Shown: positions 15,001-30,000 of the stretch, in pieces
Position numbering within the stretch: the first letter of the stretch is position 1
Layout: each line of letters opens with the position of its first letter
Assembly (NCBI GenBank): GCA_963693095.2
Contig: OY843768.1
Coordinates: forward strand, 576,001 to 640,000
Direction of reading: 5' to 3'
From: Cenarchaeum sp.
GTDB lineage: Archaea; Thermoproteota; Nitrososphaeria; Nitrososphaerales; Nitrosopumilaceae
Length of the DNA: 64,000 bases
Notes under the pieces: model-generated
Database searches by the model: none
What the model was told of the DNA's origin: nothing
Seen by the model: only the letters and a program-made list of their open reading frames with translations
Translations under genes and position numbers: made by a program

Positions 15001-18000
15001 CAAGGGACTCGGTCACGTACACCAGGTCGGCCGGCCAGTCCTCACAGATCCTCTTATCGGGCACTGGAGACGACACGATGGAGCTCGCAGCGCCGGGAGA
15101 CACGGTTAGCGCAGATGCGCTTGGTGATGCGGCATCGCCGACGTTCACGGCAGAGTTCCTTGATGCCGACACGATCACGCTCTTGCCAAGCGAGGCTCTC
15201 GACGCTGACACCGTCACGGGAGCCAACTTTGGGCTCAGCGGCCCGGACGGCCCTGATGCGGGCAGCCTGCGCGACATTCTCGCACTCGACGCGACGACGC
15301 CTGTAGATTACACGGCCGGCACGACGACTATCGCGCTAAACCTCGACGAGTCGGCGATTGCAGACGGCCTCTATGTCATCAGGCCATCCACGTCAGTCAC
15401 CGACGTCAGGGGCAACGCGTACGTCAGCAGCGCCGGCTCGCTTGCCACAGGCCTCGTCTTTGCTGCCACTGACGCGACGGCGACATACGACCCAACGCTC
15501 GGCGACTTTGATGCGCGCGCGCAGAGCCTGGTGGTGACGCGCGTCACGTTTGGCGCGGCCCTGGCCGGCACGCTTGATGTCGGCAACTGGACCGTGACTG
15601 ATGATGACGCAGACGTGGCCATGATCACGCGCGTGGCACTGGGCTCGGCGGATGACGCGCGCGAGGCTACGCCTGACACGACGCACGCGATCGCGCAAGG
15701 CTCTGCGGCTCTCGCACTGTTCATCACGCACGAGGAGCTCGACTCGACAGCTGCCACGCCGAGAGTCGCCTACGCCGGAGGCGACCTGACTGCCGGCGGG
15801 CTCGACGTGGCCGACCGCGGAGTCGAGGCCGCCGACGGGATCGCCCCGTCCATCGAGTCGGCCATGTTCACCGATGCTGACATGCTCGACATCACGATCA
15901 GCGAGACGCTCCTCAACTCAAAGGCAGACGTGGACGGCTACACGTTTGGCGTGACGGTGCCAGACACCGACTCGGACGGCGTTCCTGAGGATGTCCAGCT
16001 GGACGGCACCAACCCCGTCGACTATGACGCGACGGCCAGCACGATCACGCTCACGCTCGCCGGTGATGCCACGTCGGCCATCGTGCACACCGTCACGCTG
16101 CCTGCCGCGCTAGTCGACAGGGCAGGCAACGCGTTTGCCTCGCCGGCCGAGGCGGACGCGACGTACACGCCGGATGTCGCGCCGGCGGCGACTGACGTGG
16201 AGTACACGGTTCTTGAGGGGACAACGTCCAACGCGAGGCCTGACCCGTACTCCTCGCACGCGCGCGCAGGCGACACGATCATGCTCTCGATCACGCTCGG
16301 CGGTGAGGCGAGCTCGGTTAGCGTGCTCTTTGTGGGCAAGACGGACGATCCGGACACGACGGCAGACGACGCCAACACGGTTGCCATGGCGCGCGTCGAG
16401 AGCACGAACGAGTGGCGCGCGATGTACGTCGTAGAGTCTACAGGCACCATCGACGGCGCGTTCACGTTTGACGCGACGGTGACGGCCGCCTCGGGCGCGA
16501 CGCGCCCTGTGGACGAGGCGACCCTGTCGGCGACGACGCCGCCGACGATCGACCGCGCCGCGCCGACGGCGACGGTGACTGCGACTGTGAGGCTCGCGGG
16601 CCAGGGCACTGATGCGGCATCGGGCACGATCGCCGGCATCGGCGACACTGTCCGCGTCAAAGTTGCGGCCAACGAGCCGCTCGTCACGGCACCCGGCGAC
16701 ATTGCGCTCTTTGGGACGTCGACTGCCGCCGACTCGGTGGACCCCGGCACGTCCAACGCGTACTCGTACGTGCGCACAATAGTCGCCTCGGAGGCCAACG
16801 GCCCACTCACGTTCAGCCTGACGATACGCGACAGGGCAGGCAACGAGGCAACGCTCACGCAGGCCGACGTGGAATCGAACGTGACAGTCGACTCTGACGC
16901 GCCGACGCTATCCTCGGCGGCCACGGCGACGACGGCCACGCTGACTGTCACGCTCTCAGAAGCCGTCACGGGAGCCGGCGTCACCACCGAGTGGTCTGCA
17001 GAGGACGGCGCGACGGAGGCTATGATCTCCGGCGTCGACGTCTCGGGCAGCACGGTGACACTCACTTACGCGACGATCGCCGACACGTCATTTGCGCCGA
17101 CAGTAGAGTACACGGGCACGGGCATAGTCGACGCTGCCCGCAACGCCATAACGCTTGACTCCGCGACGTCTGCGGCCACAGTGGCTGCGACTGACGCCCT
17201 AAGGCCGGAGATAGACACCTCCACGTTCACGGCGGCCGACAAGATATCGGTGACCTTTAGCGAGGCCGTGACGAGTGACCTGAGGACAGGGGCGGAGGGA
17301 TGGTCCGTGGTGGCCGGCTCCAGCCTCACGGTGAGCGACGTCATGTTTGCCTCCCCCACGTACACGCTCACGGTGTCCGACGTGGTGCCCGGCACAGAGT
17401 ACACGATCAACGCAGCAGACATGATCGACGACCTCGTCACGCCGACGGCAAACAGGGTTCTCTCCACCGAGTCTGACACTGCGACGTACACGGCGCCTGA
17501 CCCCTTCGCGGCCGCCACGAGAAGCCTCACGACGACGCTCGTCACGTTTGACGGCGGCGCGCTGGCCGGCACCCTCGACGTGGACGACTGGACGGTCACG
17601 GACAACGACACCGGCTCGGCTGACGCGGAGCTGGTCATATCGAGCGTGGCGACGGTGGCCGCCTCCGGCTCGGTGACGGCGACGCCCGAGACCTCGGCGG
17701 GGGCCGGTGATGCGGTAACACCGGCCATACCGTCGAGCCCTGCGGCCACGCAGCTCCTCATCACGCACGGGCCGCTCTCCTCGACGGCGGCCACGCCGCG
17801 CGTCGACTATGCCGGCGGCGACCTCAGGGAGGGCGGCGCCAGCGGCACCGGCGTCGCCGACGGCGGCGCCGACGCGGCCGACGGCGTGCCGCCGACGTTC
17901 ACGGTTCACGACGCGACAGAGGCCGAGGAGGGACTCGTCGGCGTCACGGACGAGGACGGCCGGGTGATGTACTCCGTCTACACGGCCCGCATGTCCGAGG

Positions 18001-21000
18001 CGATGGACGCGGCGGACTTTGCCTCCACGCCGACCGGCGCAGACGGGCAGTGGTCCGTGGCGCTTGGCACGGCCACGGCGGCAGCCGACATGGTCCACCG
18101 CGCCGCCGCGGCCGGCCCGCTGCCCGACAGGGTAGTCGTGCGGGTCCTGGCGTCTGGCCTGGTGGCGTTCCCGTTCCCGCAGGGGACCCCGACGCTGACG
18201 TACACGGCCTCCGGCGACCTCGCGCTGGCCGACGCGGCCGCCGTGGCGATGGCCTCGCCGACGTCCGCTGCGGTGACCCCGGAGCCCCCGGCCGGGCCGC
18301 CGTTTGCCGCCGAGACGCGCAGCGCGACTACTACGATCGTGACCTTTGACGGCGGCGACCTGGGCGGCGCGCTCGCAGTCGCCGACTGGTCCGTCATGGA
18401 GAGCGGTGGCGTGGGGCAGCGCCTGGTCGCGCTGGTCGTGGAGACCGTCACGACCGACCCCACAGACTCTGTCAGGTCGAACACGGTCGGCACGCCCCAC
18501 GGCGCGCCTGTGGCCTCGGTGACGGTCGGGGCGTCGCCGGCAGTCACGCAGGTTCTCATCACGCACCCGCAGATCTCGACGGCGGCGACGCCGACGGTCT
18601 CGTACAGGGGGACTGGCCTGACCGAGGGCGGGATCGCCGTGGAGCTCGGCGACGCGGTGGCCGCCGACGGCGCGCCTCCGACGTTCGAGGCCGAGCTCAC
18701 GTCTGCGAGCTCCGTGAGGGTCATCTTTAGCGAGCCCGTCGACGGCGCGACGGCGGTTGGCGAGTGGGCAGTGGACGGCTCGGCTCCCGAGTCGCTCTCG
18801 CTGACAGAAGACGGGGCGGCCGAGGCGGGCACCGCGTCGCTCGCCGGCACCGAGGAGCTCTTTATCGCGCTCGCCGCGCCACGCCCAGGCACCGACCTGG
18901 GCGGGCTGACCGCAGCGGGCGTCACGTACACGGCGCCGACCCAGGGCGCGATAGAGGACGACACGGACAACGACCTTGGCACGGCAAACACCGCCCTGCA
19001 GGCCACGGCAGTCACCGACAAGGCGCCGCCGATGATCGTCTCGGCCACGTTCACCGACGCCGACACGATATCCGTCACGTTCACCGAGGACGTGACCAAC
19101 GTGACTGACATTGTGGGAGGCGACGGCTGGTCGGTGGAGCTCGGCAGCACCCCCGTCGGCCTGAACTCGGCGGCGCGCACGGCCGACTCGACGTACACGC
19201 TAGAGCTCACCGCCGGCGTGGACACCGGCATGGCGCACACGATCCACGCGGCCGACGCGATAGCCGACGTCTCAGACGCGGCCAACCCGATAGACGCCGG
19301 CGCCATGACGACGGCGACGTACACGGCGCCGGCGCAGGCGCCGACGATAACGGGCGCGACGCTTGACACGCCGACGTCAATCACCGTCACGTTCTCAGAA
19401 ATGCTTGACGGCGAGACGGACGCCGACGAGTGGAGAGTCGACAACACGGCGCCGGCCTCGGTGACGGCAGGCGGCTCGACGGCCGCCGCCGGCACGGAGC
19501 TCACGATAACGGCGGCCACCATGACGCTCACGCTAACGCTGGCCAGCGCGCAGGACGCCGACGCGACGCCGATAGTGACGTACACGCGGCCGACAGGCAC
19601 CAGCGCCAACTCGCTGGACAACCCGGCCGACACCCCGCTCGACTCGACGCTCTCGCCCCACGTCACGGCCGCCGACATGATCGACCCGTCCATCGATTCG
19701 GCCAGGTTCACGGCGGCAAACATGATCGAAGTCACGTTCACCGAGCCGGTGACAGAGGACACGTCGACGTCGGCGGCGGGCGGAACCGGCTGGTCGCTGA
19801 CTGACACGGTGGGCAGCCTCGCCGTGCAGACAGTCGCGCACTCGGGCAGCACGTACACGCTCACGCTCGACGGCAACGCCGTGCTTGCCAGGGCGTACAC
19901 GATAGACGCCGCTGACGGGATAACCGACGAGTCTCCGGCGGACAACCCTGTAGACGACGGTGAGAGGGTCGGCGTGACGTACACGATACCGGACACGTCA
20001 GTTCCGACGTTCAGCGCAGAGCTCACCTCGGCGAGCACGGCAAGGATAGAGTTCAGCGAGGCCGTCAGCGGCATGACGGCGGCCTCCGAGTGGGCGTTTG
20101 CCGACTCGACTGTCGAGTCGCTCTCGCTGATGGCCGACGGGACGTTTACGATGGGCAACCTCGTGCTCTCCGGCACCGAGCTCTTTGCCACCTTTGACAG
20201 GGCCCGCACGCGGACTAGCCTGGACAACGGCGACGGCAACGACGACGGCACCGCCGTGGAGATCACGCCGGCAGTCGTGACATACACGCGCCCGTCGACT
20301 GGCGACAACACGATCCAGGACGGCACGAACCACCTCGCCGCCGCCGGCGACTCGACAGACGCCACGGCCGTCACCGACAAGGCCCCGCCGACGTTCACGG
20401 CGCGCACGGTGACGGTGACGACGATCGCCGTCACCTTTAGCGAGGCGATACACAACACGTCCGCTAGCGCCGACAATCCGCGCGCCGACGTGCTAAGCGT
20501 GACAAATTGGGACGTGGACGACGGCACGCCGAGCTCCCTGGTCGCGGCCAACTTTACGCAGGCCGGTGCCCCGACGGGTCCCGGTAACGCGGCATACACG
20601 GTCTTTACGCTCACATTCGCCAGTGCCTTTGGCGTGGACGCCACGCCCACAGTCACCTATGTCCGCTCCGGCCCAGGCTATCTGAGCGACGCGCTGACGA
20701 GCCACTTCAGAGACCATTCCGACAACAACGAGATTTCAGACGACGCGCTGGCAGCAGTGGCGACCGACGGCATCGGTCCGGCCATCGACACGACAGCGCC
20801 GACTGTCAGCACGGACGACGTGGAGTTCAGGCGCAGCGCCGACGGCATGACCTATAGCATAAGGATCCACTTCAGCGAGGCACTCGACAGGGACACAGTC
20901 ACGGCGGCAGGCAACTTTGCGCTCACGTCCAACAGCAACCCCGTGACGGTCACCCCATCCTATGTCGCGCCGGCCTCGGGGCAGACCACCTCGCACGTGG

Positions 21001-24000
21001 ATCTCGCCCTGACGACTGCGCCGACAATGTCTGCCAGATATTCGATCACCATCGCCCCCGCCGTCACTGACGTGGCGATGAACGCAGTCGCCTCCGCAAG
21101 CCGCTCCTTCACGGTGGATCTCGACATCACCCCGCCGACGGTCTCCTCGGCGGCGTTTAGCGGCCTCTCGACCATAGTCCTCTCGGTCAGCGAGCCCCTT
21201 GACACTGACACCGTGACCGGCCTGACCGTCATGGGCCTGGGCAGTGCCACGGACCTCACGGTCTCCACGGCGGCAAACATGGGAACCTCCGCGCCATACA
21301 CGGTCCACGCCACGACAACCGACGCGACGGCCAACGCGAGGTACACGCTGACGGTCCCGACAACGGTGACTGACGACTCTAGCACGCCAACTGCGCTGGC
21401 AGCGCCGGCGACGTTCACGGTCACTGCGCCGGCGACGGGCGGGACGATCGCCACGCCGACTGTGATGTCTGCGCAGACTACGAGCCGCGAGACGACAACA
21501 GTCACGTTCAGCGGCACGCTCGCCCTCGGCGAGACGAGCGCCTCGGACTGGGCGCTAACGCCTGGCTCAATCACCGTCACATCGTTGCGGGCCGGCATGC
21601 AGACCGAGGCCGCCTCGACGCCGTCGGCTACGCTGGACATGGGAGACGTGTCGATCACGCCGACCAACATGATAACGCTGGTCCACACCACCATAGGCAC
21701 AGGCGCCACGCCGACCGTGCAGTATGACGGGACGGGAACGATAACGGCCTCTGGCGCGCCGGGCGTCGTGCCGACCACGGCCTCCCCGCACACCACGGCG
21801 ACTGACGGGGTCGCGCCGCTCGTGATGACTGCGACATACGCTGAGACAAACCGCGAGATAACGCTCACGTTCAGCGAGGGCCTGGACTCCGACACGGTCA
21901 TCGCGGCCAACTTTGCGGTGCGCGGGTTCACCGAGCCCACGACGCGCTCGGACACGCTGGCGTTCAACACGGCGCACGGCACGGACGGAGTCCTCTACAC
22001 GGCTGGCTCCTCGGACTCTGAGACCTCGATGGTCTCGATCAGGCTCGCCACCTCTGACTCGTATGACGACTACAAGGTCGTCATAGCGGGCTCGGTTATG
22101 GACACAAACACCAACGCGTACGTGCCCATAGACAACCCTGACGGCAGCGACGCTACTGACGACAGCGACGTCGACGTCGAAAAGGTCGACGAGACTGCCC
22201 CGCGGGCCACGGAGATAACAGCCACAGTCCACGACGGCACGCCGGGCGCGAGCACGGCAAAGACCGGCGATCACAGGACCTTTGCCGGCATCGGCGACAC
22301 GGTTCGCCTGGACATCACGCTCGACGAGGACGCCTCTGGCACGCCGACCATAGACGTGGCCGGCGTGACTGGCGCCTCGATGGACGACATGGCAGACGGC
22401 GACGCGACGACGTGGCGCTATGACCTCGTCGTGTCGGCCACGACGGTCGAGACGTCATCGCTGACCTTTACGATAAACGTCACCGACGGCGATAACTCTG
22501 GCACGATAACGGAGACGACCGGACACGTGGGCACGCTGATGTTCAACCGGCCGACCATAGACGTGACGGTGCCGACGGCGACGGTGACGACTAGCGTGAG
22601 GCTCGAGGACGCCCCGTCAGACTCGTCGACAGTCACCACGGCCGGCATCGACGACGAGCTTCGCGTGACGCTCACGGCCAGCGAGGCGCTCGACGCACGG
22701 GTCACTGACATTGATCTCTTTGCGGCTGCAGTGGACGCCGACTCCGTCGAGGGCGCCGGCGCCAACGCGTACGCGTACGTGCGCACGATAGTGGCGGATG
22801 ACGCCAACGGCGATATCGAGTTCTCCGTCACGTTCCGCGACAGGGCCGGCAACGCGGCAGCGGCCGCATTGACGCACACCGACGCGACGCCGCGCGTGAC
22901 AGTCGACGCCACGCCGCCGACCATAACGTCTGCCGCGACTGCATCCACCACGACGCTCACAGTCACGCTATCCGAGGCAGTCACGGGCGCCGGCACGTGG
23001 TCTGCAGTGGATGGCTCGACGACTGCAATGATCTCCTCGGCGGGCGTCTCGGGCGACACGGTGACGCTCACGTACACGGCGATCGCAGACACGTCATTTG
23101 CGCCGAGAGTCACGTACTCGGGCACGGGCATAGTCGACGCCGGTCGCAACGCCCTGGTGTCCGGCAGCCAGCAAGGCGCCACTGACGGGGTCTCGCCGAC
23201 GGCTGAGGCGGCCTTCTCGGGCAACTCCATCGTCATAACGTTCAGCGAGCCTGTCACCGGCGTGACGTCCATGGACGTCACGGCGCCGATGGCGTCCACG
23301 TCCGTGTCCACGACCGCACACCACACCGCCGGCGAGGCGACTGTGAGGATAGACCCACCCACGCCGGTGGCAATCGGCACGTGGACAGTCGCCATACCGG
23401 CAACAGTCACCGACGTGGCGACCAACGCGCGCGCCACGACTAGCGTCACGGCCGAGCGCGCAGAAGCCCCCACGGCGACAGTCGCCTACGAGGTGCAGGA
23501 ACAGGCCACAATGACGGCAAAGGCCTCTCCGCACACAAACCACGCGCGCGCAGACGACACGATCGTCCTCTCGCTCACGCTATCCGAGTCCGTCGACACG
23601 GCGCCGACTGTCCTCTTTGTGGGCAAGACGACAAACCCGGTCACGATGACCAGGGCCGGCACGACGAACGTGTGGAGTGCGCCGTATGTCGTAGAGTCGA
23701 CCGGATCCATAGACGGCACGTTCACGTTTGCCGCGACGCTCACGGGCAACACGGGCTCGACGCGCCCCGTGAGCGCCGACCCGGCCACGGCACCGACAAT
23801 AGACCGCGTGGAGCCGACGGTCTCCACGACGGTGTTTATGGGCAACTCGATCGTCATAACGTTCAGCGAGCCTGTCTACAATGTGCCGATGACGCTTGAT
23901 GTCACGGCTCCGGGGGAGACCATGGACGAAGACACGACTGCACACCACACCGACGGCGAGGCGACTGTGAGGATAGACCTGACTGAGCCGGTAGATGTCG

Positions 24001-27000
24001 GCTCGTGGACAGTCGACATACCGGCAGCCGTCATCGATGTGGCAAACAATGCGCGCGCCGCAGCATCGGCGAGCGTAATGGCCATGCGCACCGACGCACC
24101 CACGGCGACGGTGGCCTATGCGGTCTTTGAGTCTGACGGCACGACGCACCGCACCGCACCGCACGCGGACCACGCGCGCGTCGGCGACAAGATCAGGCTC
24201 TCGCTCACGCTCTCTGAGGCCGTCACCACTGCGCCGACGGTCGTCTTTGTGGGCAAGGTCGACGATCCGTCCACGCCGCTAGTCGATGAGTCGGGCAGTG
24301 CCAACATGGTGAACGTGGCGGGAACGAACGAGTGGCGCGCGACGTACACCGTGGAGACAGACATGCAGGACACGGCAGAGCTCGGCAGCCCGTTCACGTT
24401 CATCGCGACGATCACGGGCAACACGGGCTCGACGGGCACGGCGACAGAGGCCCTGGCGACGCCGCCGACAATAGACCGCGTGGTGCCGAGGATAACCTCT
24501 GCAGAGTTCACCGAGGCTGACACGATTGTCATCACGCTCTCTGAGGCCCTCGCCGGTACGGCCTCGACCATAGAGAGCTACACGTACGGCCTGACTGCCC
24601 CTGATAACACGAACACGCCGGACGACTCGGACGCCAATCCGGACGTCATCGTGCTGGCCACGGCAGCCCCCTCGGCCACGCCGCCAGTAAAGCCAGTCAC
24701 GTACAACGCCGGCTCGCGCACGATCACCCTCACGCTGGCAGCCGACGCGACTGCCGATGTGGCCTACACAGTAGAGCTGCCGACGGAGCTGGTCGACGTG
24801 GCAGAAAACGCGTTCACCGATAGGACAGAGGACGCGACGTACGACCCGCCAGAGGCCTCATCGCTCACGTTCACCGTGATGACCGGCTCGCCGCTGACCG
24901 AAAAGACTGGCGCAAACGCCAACCTGGCCGGAATAGGCAACACGATACGCATAACCCTCGGCCTCGACGCTGCCGTGACTGCGGTGCCGCAGATAACGCT
25001 GGACGGCAGGGACACGGCGTCAGTGGCCATGACCGCAGGCGCTGCCATGACGTGGAGCCACGACTATGTCGTGGACGCAACGCATGACAGCGCCACGGCC
25101 TCAGACCCGCTGGACATCTCCATGCTCGTCACGGGCAACAACGGCAACGTCGTGAGGATAACGGCCACGGACGGCCTGGCCTCGGGCACGTCAGTCACGC
25201 TGCCCCTGATCGACGCGGAGAGGCCGACGGCCACGGCGCTCACCGCCGCCGTGGTGCTCGCAGGGCAGTCCGCCGACGCGGCAGCCGGCACGGTGGCGGC
25301 CATCGGCGACAATGTCCTCGTGCGCCTCACGGCCGACGAGGAGCTCACCACGGCCGCTACCGACATTGCCTTCTTTGGCCGCACCGGCGTGAACGCCAAC
25401 TCGGTCACGCCGGGTGCGTCCAACCTGTACACGTACGCGCGCACGATACTCGACACGGACGACAACGGCCCACTCGCGTTCAGCCTTACCATGAGCGACA
25501 TTGCGGGCAACACGGCGACGGCGGCGCTCACGCAGGGCGACCTGACGGGCACGAACGTGACAGTCGACTCTGACGCGCCAACAGTCACCGCCATGTCGCA
25601 CAGCGACACGGCGCGCACGATAACGCTCACGTTCAGCGAGGGCCTTCTCGCGACCACGGCAGTGGCGGCCAACTTTGAGGTGCGCGGGTTCACCGAGTCA
25701 ACCCAGGTGCGCTCCCCCTCCGCACTGGCGCTCAACGCGGCACACGGCACGGCCGGAGTCGACTACACGGCCGGCACCCTGGCCTCTGACGCCTCGACGG
25801 TCACGATCGGCCTGAACGCAGACGACTCGTACGACGCGTACAAGGTCATCATCGCGACAGCAGTCACGGACACGGCGACCAACGCGTACGTGCCCATATC
25901 CAACCCCGACGGAGACGCGGCGACTGACGACAGCGACATCACGGTGCAAAAGACCGACATGACTGCCCCGCGGGCCACGGAGATATCCGTCACAGTCCAC
26001 GACGGCGCCGCCACGGTTGCGGCAAAGACGGGTGACGCTGCAGGCTTTGCCGGCATCGGCGACACGGTTCGCCTGGACATCACGCTCAACGAGGACGCCT
26101 CTGGCACGCCGACCATAGACGTGGCCGGCGAGACTGGCGAGATGATGAACGACAGGGGAGACGTCGACGCAAAGACATGGCGCTATGACCTTACCGTGTC
26201 GGCCACGACAACTGAGACGTCATCGCTGGACTTTACGATAACGGTCACCGACGGCACAACACAGGGCATGATAACTGCCACGACCGGCCACGTGGGCACG
26301 CTGACATTCGACCGGCCGGCCATAGACAGGACGGCGCCGACGGCCTCGTCTCTCACCACGACGGTGAGGCTCGAGGGCGCGGCAGCAGACTCGTCCACTG
26401 TCACGCTGGCAGGCATCGATGACGACGTTCGCATCAACGTCACGGCCAGCGAGCCGCTAGTCACGGCCGTCGGCGACATTGCGCTCTTTGGGACGTTGAC
26501 TGCCGCTGACTCGGTGGATCCAGGCGCGTCCAACGCGTACTCGTACGTGCGCACGATAGTCGACTCGGACGCCAACGGCCCGCTCGCGTTCAGCCTGACG
26601 ATGCGCGACAGGGCCGGCAACACGGCGACGCTCACGCAGGCCGACGTGGACGGCACGAACGTCACCGTCGATGCCGACGCGCCGACCATCATGTCTGCGG
26701 TGACGGCATCGACTACGACGCTCACAGTCACGCTCTCTGAGGCAGTTACGGGGACGTCCATGGGCGGACACTGGTCGGCAATCGACACGGATCCCGCCGT
26801 GACGGCCGCAATCTCCGCGGCAGACGTCTCGGGCAGCACGGTGACGCTCACGTACACGGCGATCGAGGACACGTCATTCAGCCCAGAGGTCACGTACACG
26901 GCGCCGTCCTCTGGAGCGCCGGCTGACGCGGCGCGCAACGCGCTGGGCGGCAGCCCCGTCACCGCCGCTGACGGCCTGAGCCCAACGGCCACGGCGGCCT

Positions 27001-30000
27001 TCTCGGGCAACTCTATCGTCATAACGTTCAGCGAGCCTGTCACCGGCGTGACGTCAATGGGCGTCACGGCGCCAAGTGCGTCCACGCCAACATCCATGAC
27101 CGCAGACTATGACGACGGCACGAGGACCGCGACGATAGACCTCACCGCGCCGATAGCAACAGGCACGTGGACAGTCAACATACCGATGACAGTCATTGAC
27201 GCGTCCAACAATGTGCGCGCCACTGCCAGCGTCACTGCCGATCGCGCGGCGGCTCCCACGGCGACAGTCGCCTACGAGGTGCAGGACCAGAGCACGGGAA
27301 CGGCGCGCGCCGCGCCGTACACAAACCACGCGCGCGAAGGTGACGTGATCAGGCTCTCGCTCACGCTCAGCGAGGCAGTCGACATGGCACCGACTGTCCT
27401 CTTTGTTGGCAAGACTGACAGTCCGGACACGACAGCAGATGACGCCAACACGGTAACCATGATGCAGGTCGGCAGCACGATGGAGTGGTACGCAGACTAT
27501 ATGGTCGAGACGGTGGCTGCCGCACCGGCCATAGACGGCCAGTTCACGTTCATCGCGACGCTCACGGGCAACATGGGCGCTATGGGTCCTGTGACGCAGG
27601 CCTCGACGTCGCCGCCGACAATAGACCGCGTGGCGCCGACGCTCAGCGCGGCGCAGACTGACGGCCTGCGCGAGGTCTCTGTGACGTTTAGCGAGAGCGT
27701 GTGGGGAACCACAAGTGCCTCCGAGTGGACAGTCGGCGGCACTGCTGCGGAGAGCATCACCACTGACGGCTCGGCGCAGACCGGCGACCTGAACCTCGTG
27801 CGGAGGGCAACTCTGGCCATCGGCCTCTCGCAGGCCGGCGAGCTCGCCGGCGGCGAGGCGAGGCCGGCAGTAGCCCTCATGGCACGCGCGTCCGGTGGCC
27901 TCGTAGATATCGCCGGCAACCCCGTGGATGGCACACCGGTCACGGCCATAGACCGCATACGCCCGAGCCTCGTCTCCATGGAGTTCACGGCGCCCCGCAT
28001 GATCACAGTCACGCTGAGCGAGCCCATTGATGCTGACACGCTAGGCAGGAGCATCCCGCAGGGCAGCCTGAGCCCGCGCCTCGGGGCAATCACGGTCAAC
28101 TATGCGGCCGGCGCCGAGTCGCTCACGCTGATGACAGTCAATGGCGCAGTGGAGGGCACAAGCCACTCGCTCACGCTGCCCTCGCGCGTGACTGACGCGG
28201 CCAACCCTGCCGGCGTGGCGCGCAACAACATCCTGCCGACCTCCGTCTCAGACAGCCTGCCTAGCACGGTGGAGCCGACATACACGGCGCGCACGTACAA
28301 CGCCTCGCACGTCATCGTGACGTTCAGCGCGCCCGTTCAGGGCACGACGGCGGCGTCAGAGTGGACATTTGAAGTGCCGCCATCTGACCTGGTGACACCA
28401 GATGGCACAGGGCGGGCGGTAAACGCGGTGGCTGACAAGATTGATCCGGACATGACCGAGAGGCTTGATGACACGATACTGGCGTCATCTGCGTTCACCG
28501 GCCCATTCTATGTCGGCCACAAGGATCCAAGTGACGGCACATTCCCCGTCTGGGGACCGGGCGCCACGCCGGTCGTGAGGTTCACGATGCCGTCCAACGG
28601 CCTCGCCAGCGTTGTTCCGGAAGGTGACACGCCCATCACGCTAAAGACGGGTGCCGTGACTGCCGCTGACGCCATCGCGCCCACGGCAGCCTCGGCAGTC
28701 TTTGACACGCCGACTGAGGTCCACGTCACGTTCAGCGAGGACGTCCGCATCCAGAACCGCGACGGCCTGACAGTCTCCGGACTTGCCGTCACCGGCGCCA
28801 TGCTCGGCATGTCAGACAACATAGTGGTCCTCACCGTCAGTCCGCCGGCCGTCGAGGGCACGGCGCACACAGTCGGCATCGCGCGCGCAAGCGTGCAGGA
28901 TGGCGGCGGCAACACGCTTGCGGCAGACAGGACATTTAAGAACGTCATGTTCCAGGACGTTCTGGCGTTCACGGCATCCACGTTCAGGGCCGCCTCTGGC
29001 GAGCACGTCAGGGTCGTCCTCGATGACGACACGGTGGGAACGACGGTGGCCGGCGAGTGGTTCATCGGCGTTGCCGCCGACGGGACCGGCGGTGCGTCGG
29101 CGGCCTCGCTCTCGGCAGTCTGCACGGCCGGCGCAGGCCCCGCGGTCCAGGCGTCGATCAACATGGCCGACATTTGCCCCGGTGCTGCCGAGTTTGAGCC
29201 CAACACGATATACCTCGCATACGTCGCGCCGGACTCGGGCGCGACGCCCCGCGTGGCGTACAGGGCGCCGGCCGGAGACGGCGCGACGCCCATAGTCTCG
29301 ACGGTCAACATGCTCGGCATATCCGATCGCGCAGTGCTCGCCACAGACGGCCTGGCCCCGCTCTTTACGGCGGCGGCGACGACGAGCTCGAAAACCCTCA
29401 CGGTGACGTTTGACGAGGACGTCACGGCAGCGGCCGGAGGGCCTGACGCCTCGCGCTGGTACCACTATGACTCGGCCGTCGACCCGCCCACGCGCGCCGA
29501 GCTCAACATGGCAGTCTCGGCGATGACAATGTTCGACTCGGCAACGCTGGACGACCGCACGCTCACGCTCACGCTGCCAGAGGATTACGCGCCCTCAAGC
29601 GGCTGGGGACCCGGCGACACGGCCGCCGTCCCGCAGACGATAGGCTATGTCGTGCCGGCCGGGGAGACGGCGGACATACTCGATGCCTCACCGGCGGCCA
29701 ACGGCCTGGCAGACGGCACGGCGATCCGTGGCGTCACTGACGACGCGCCGCCAGAGATCGCCATGCTCACAGTCGTGGTCCTCGATGACAGCTCGCCAAG
29801 GGTGCCAAAGACCGACGGCTATGCGCACATCGCCGGCGCCGGTGATGCGATACGCGTCACGCTAGAGCTCTCCGAGCCGTCCTCGACCACCTCGCTGCCG
29901 AGAATCTCGGCGCTAAACGTGCAGGCCACGATGGCGCTGAGCAACGGCGACATGACGGCCACATCAGCAGACATCGCCGTGCCCGGCTCGTGGCCGAGCG

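Noticed and set aside
14484-26165. RGD tripeptides in the giant protein (~14487, ~26154)
   Set aside because: Two occurrences in more than 10,000 aa are expected by chance.
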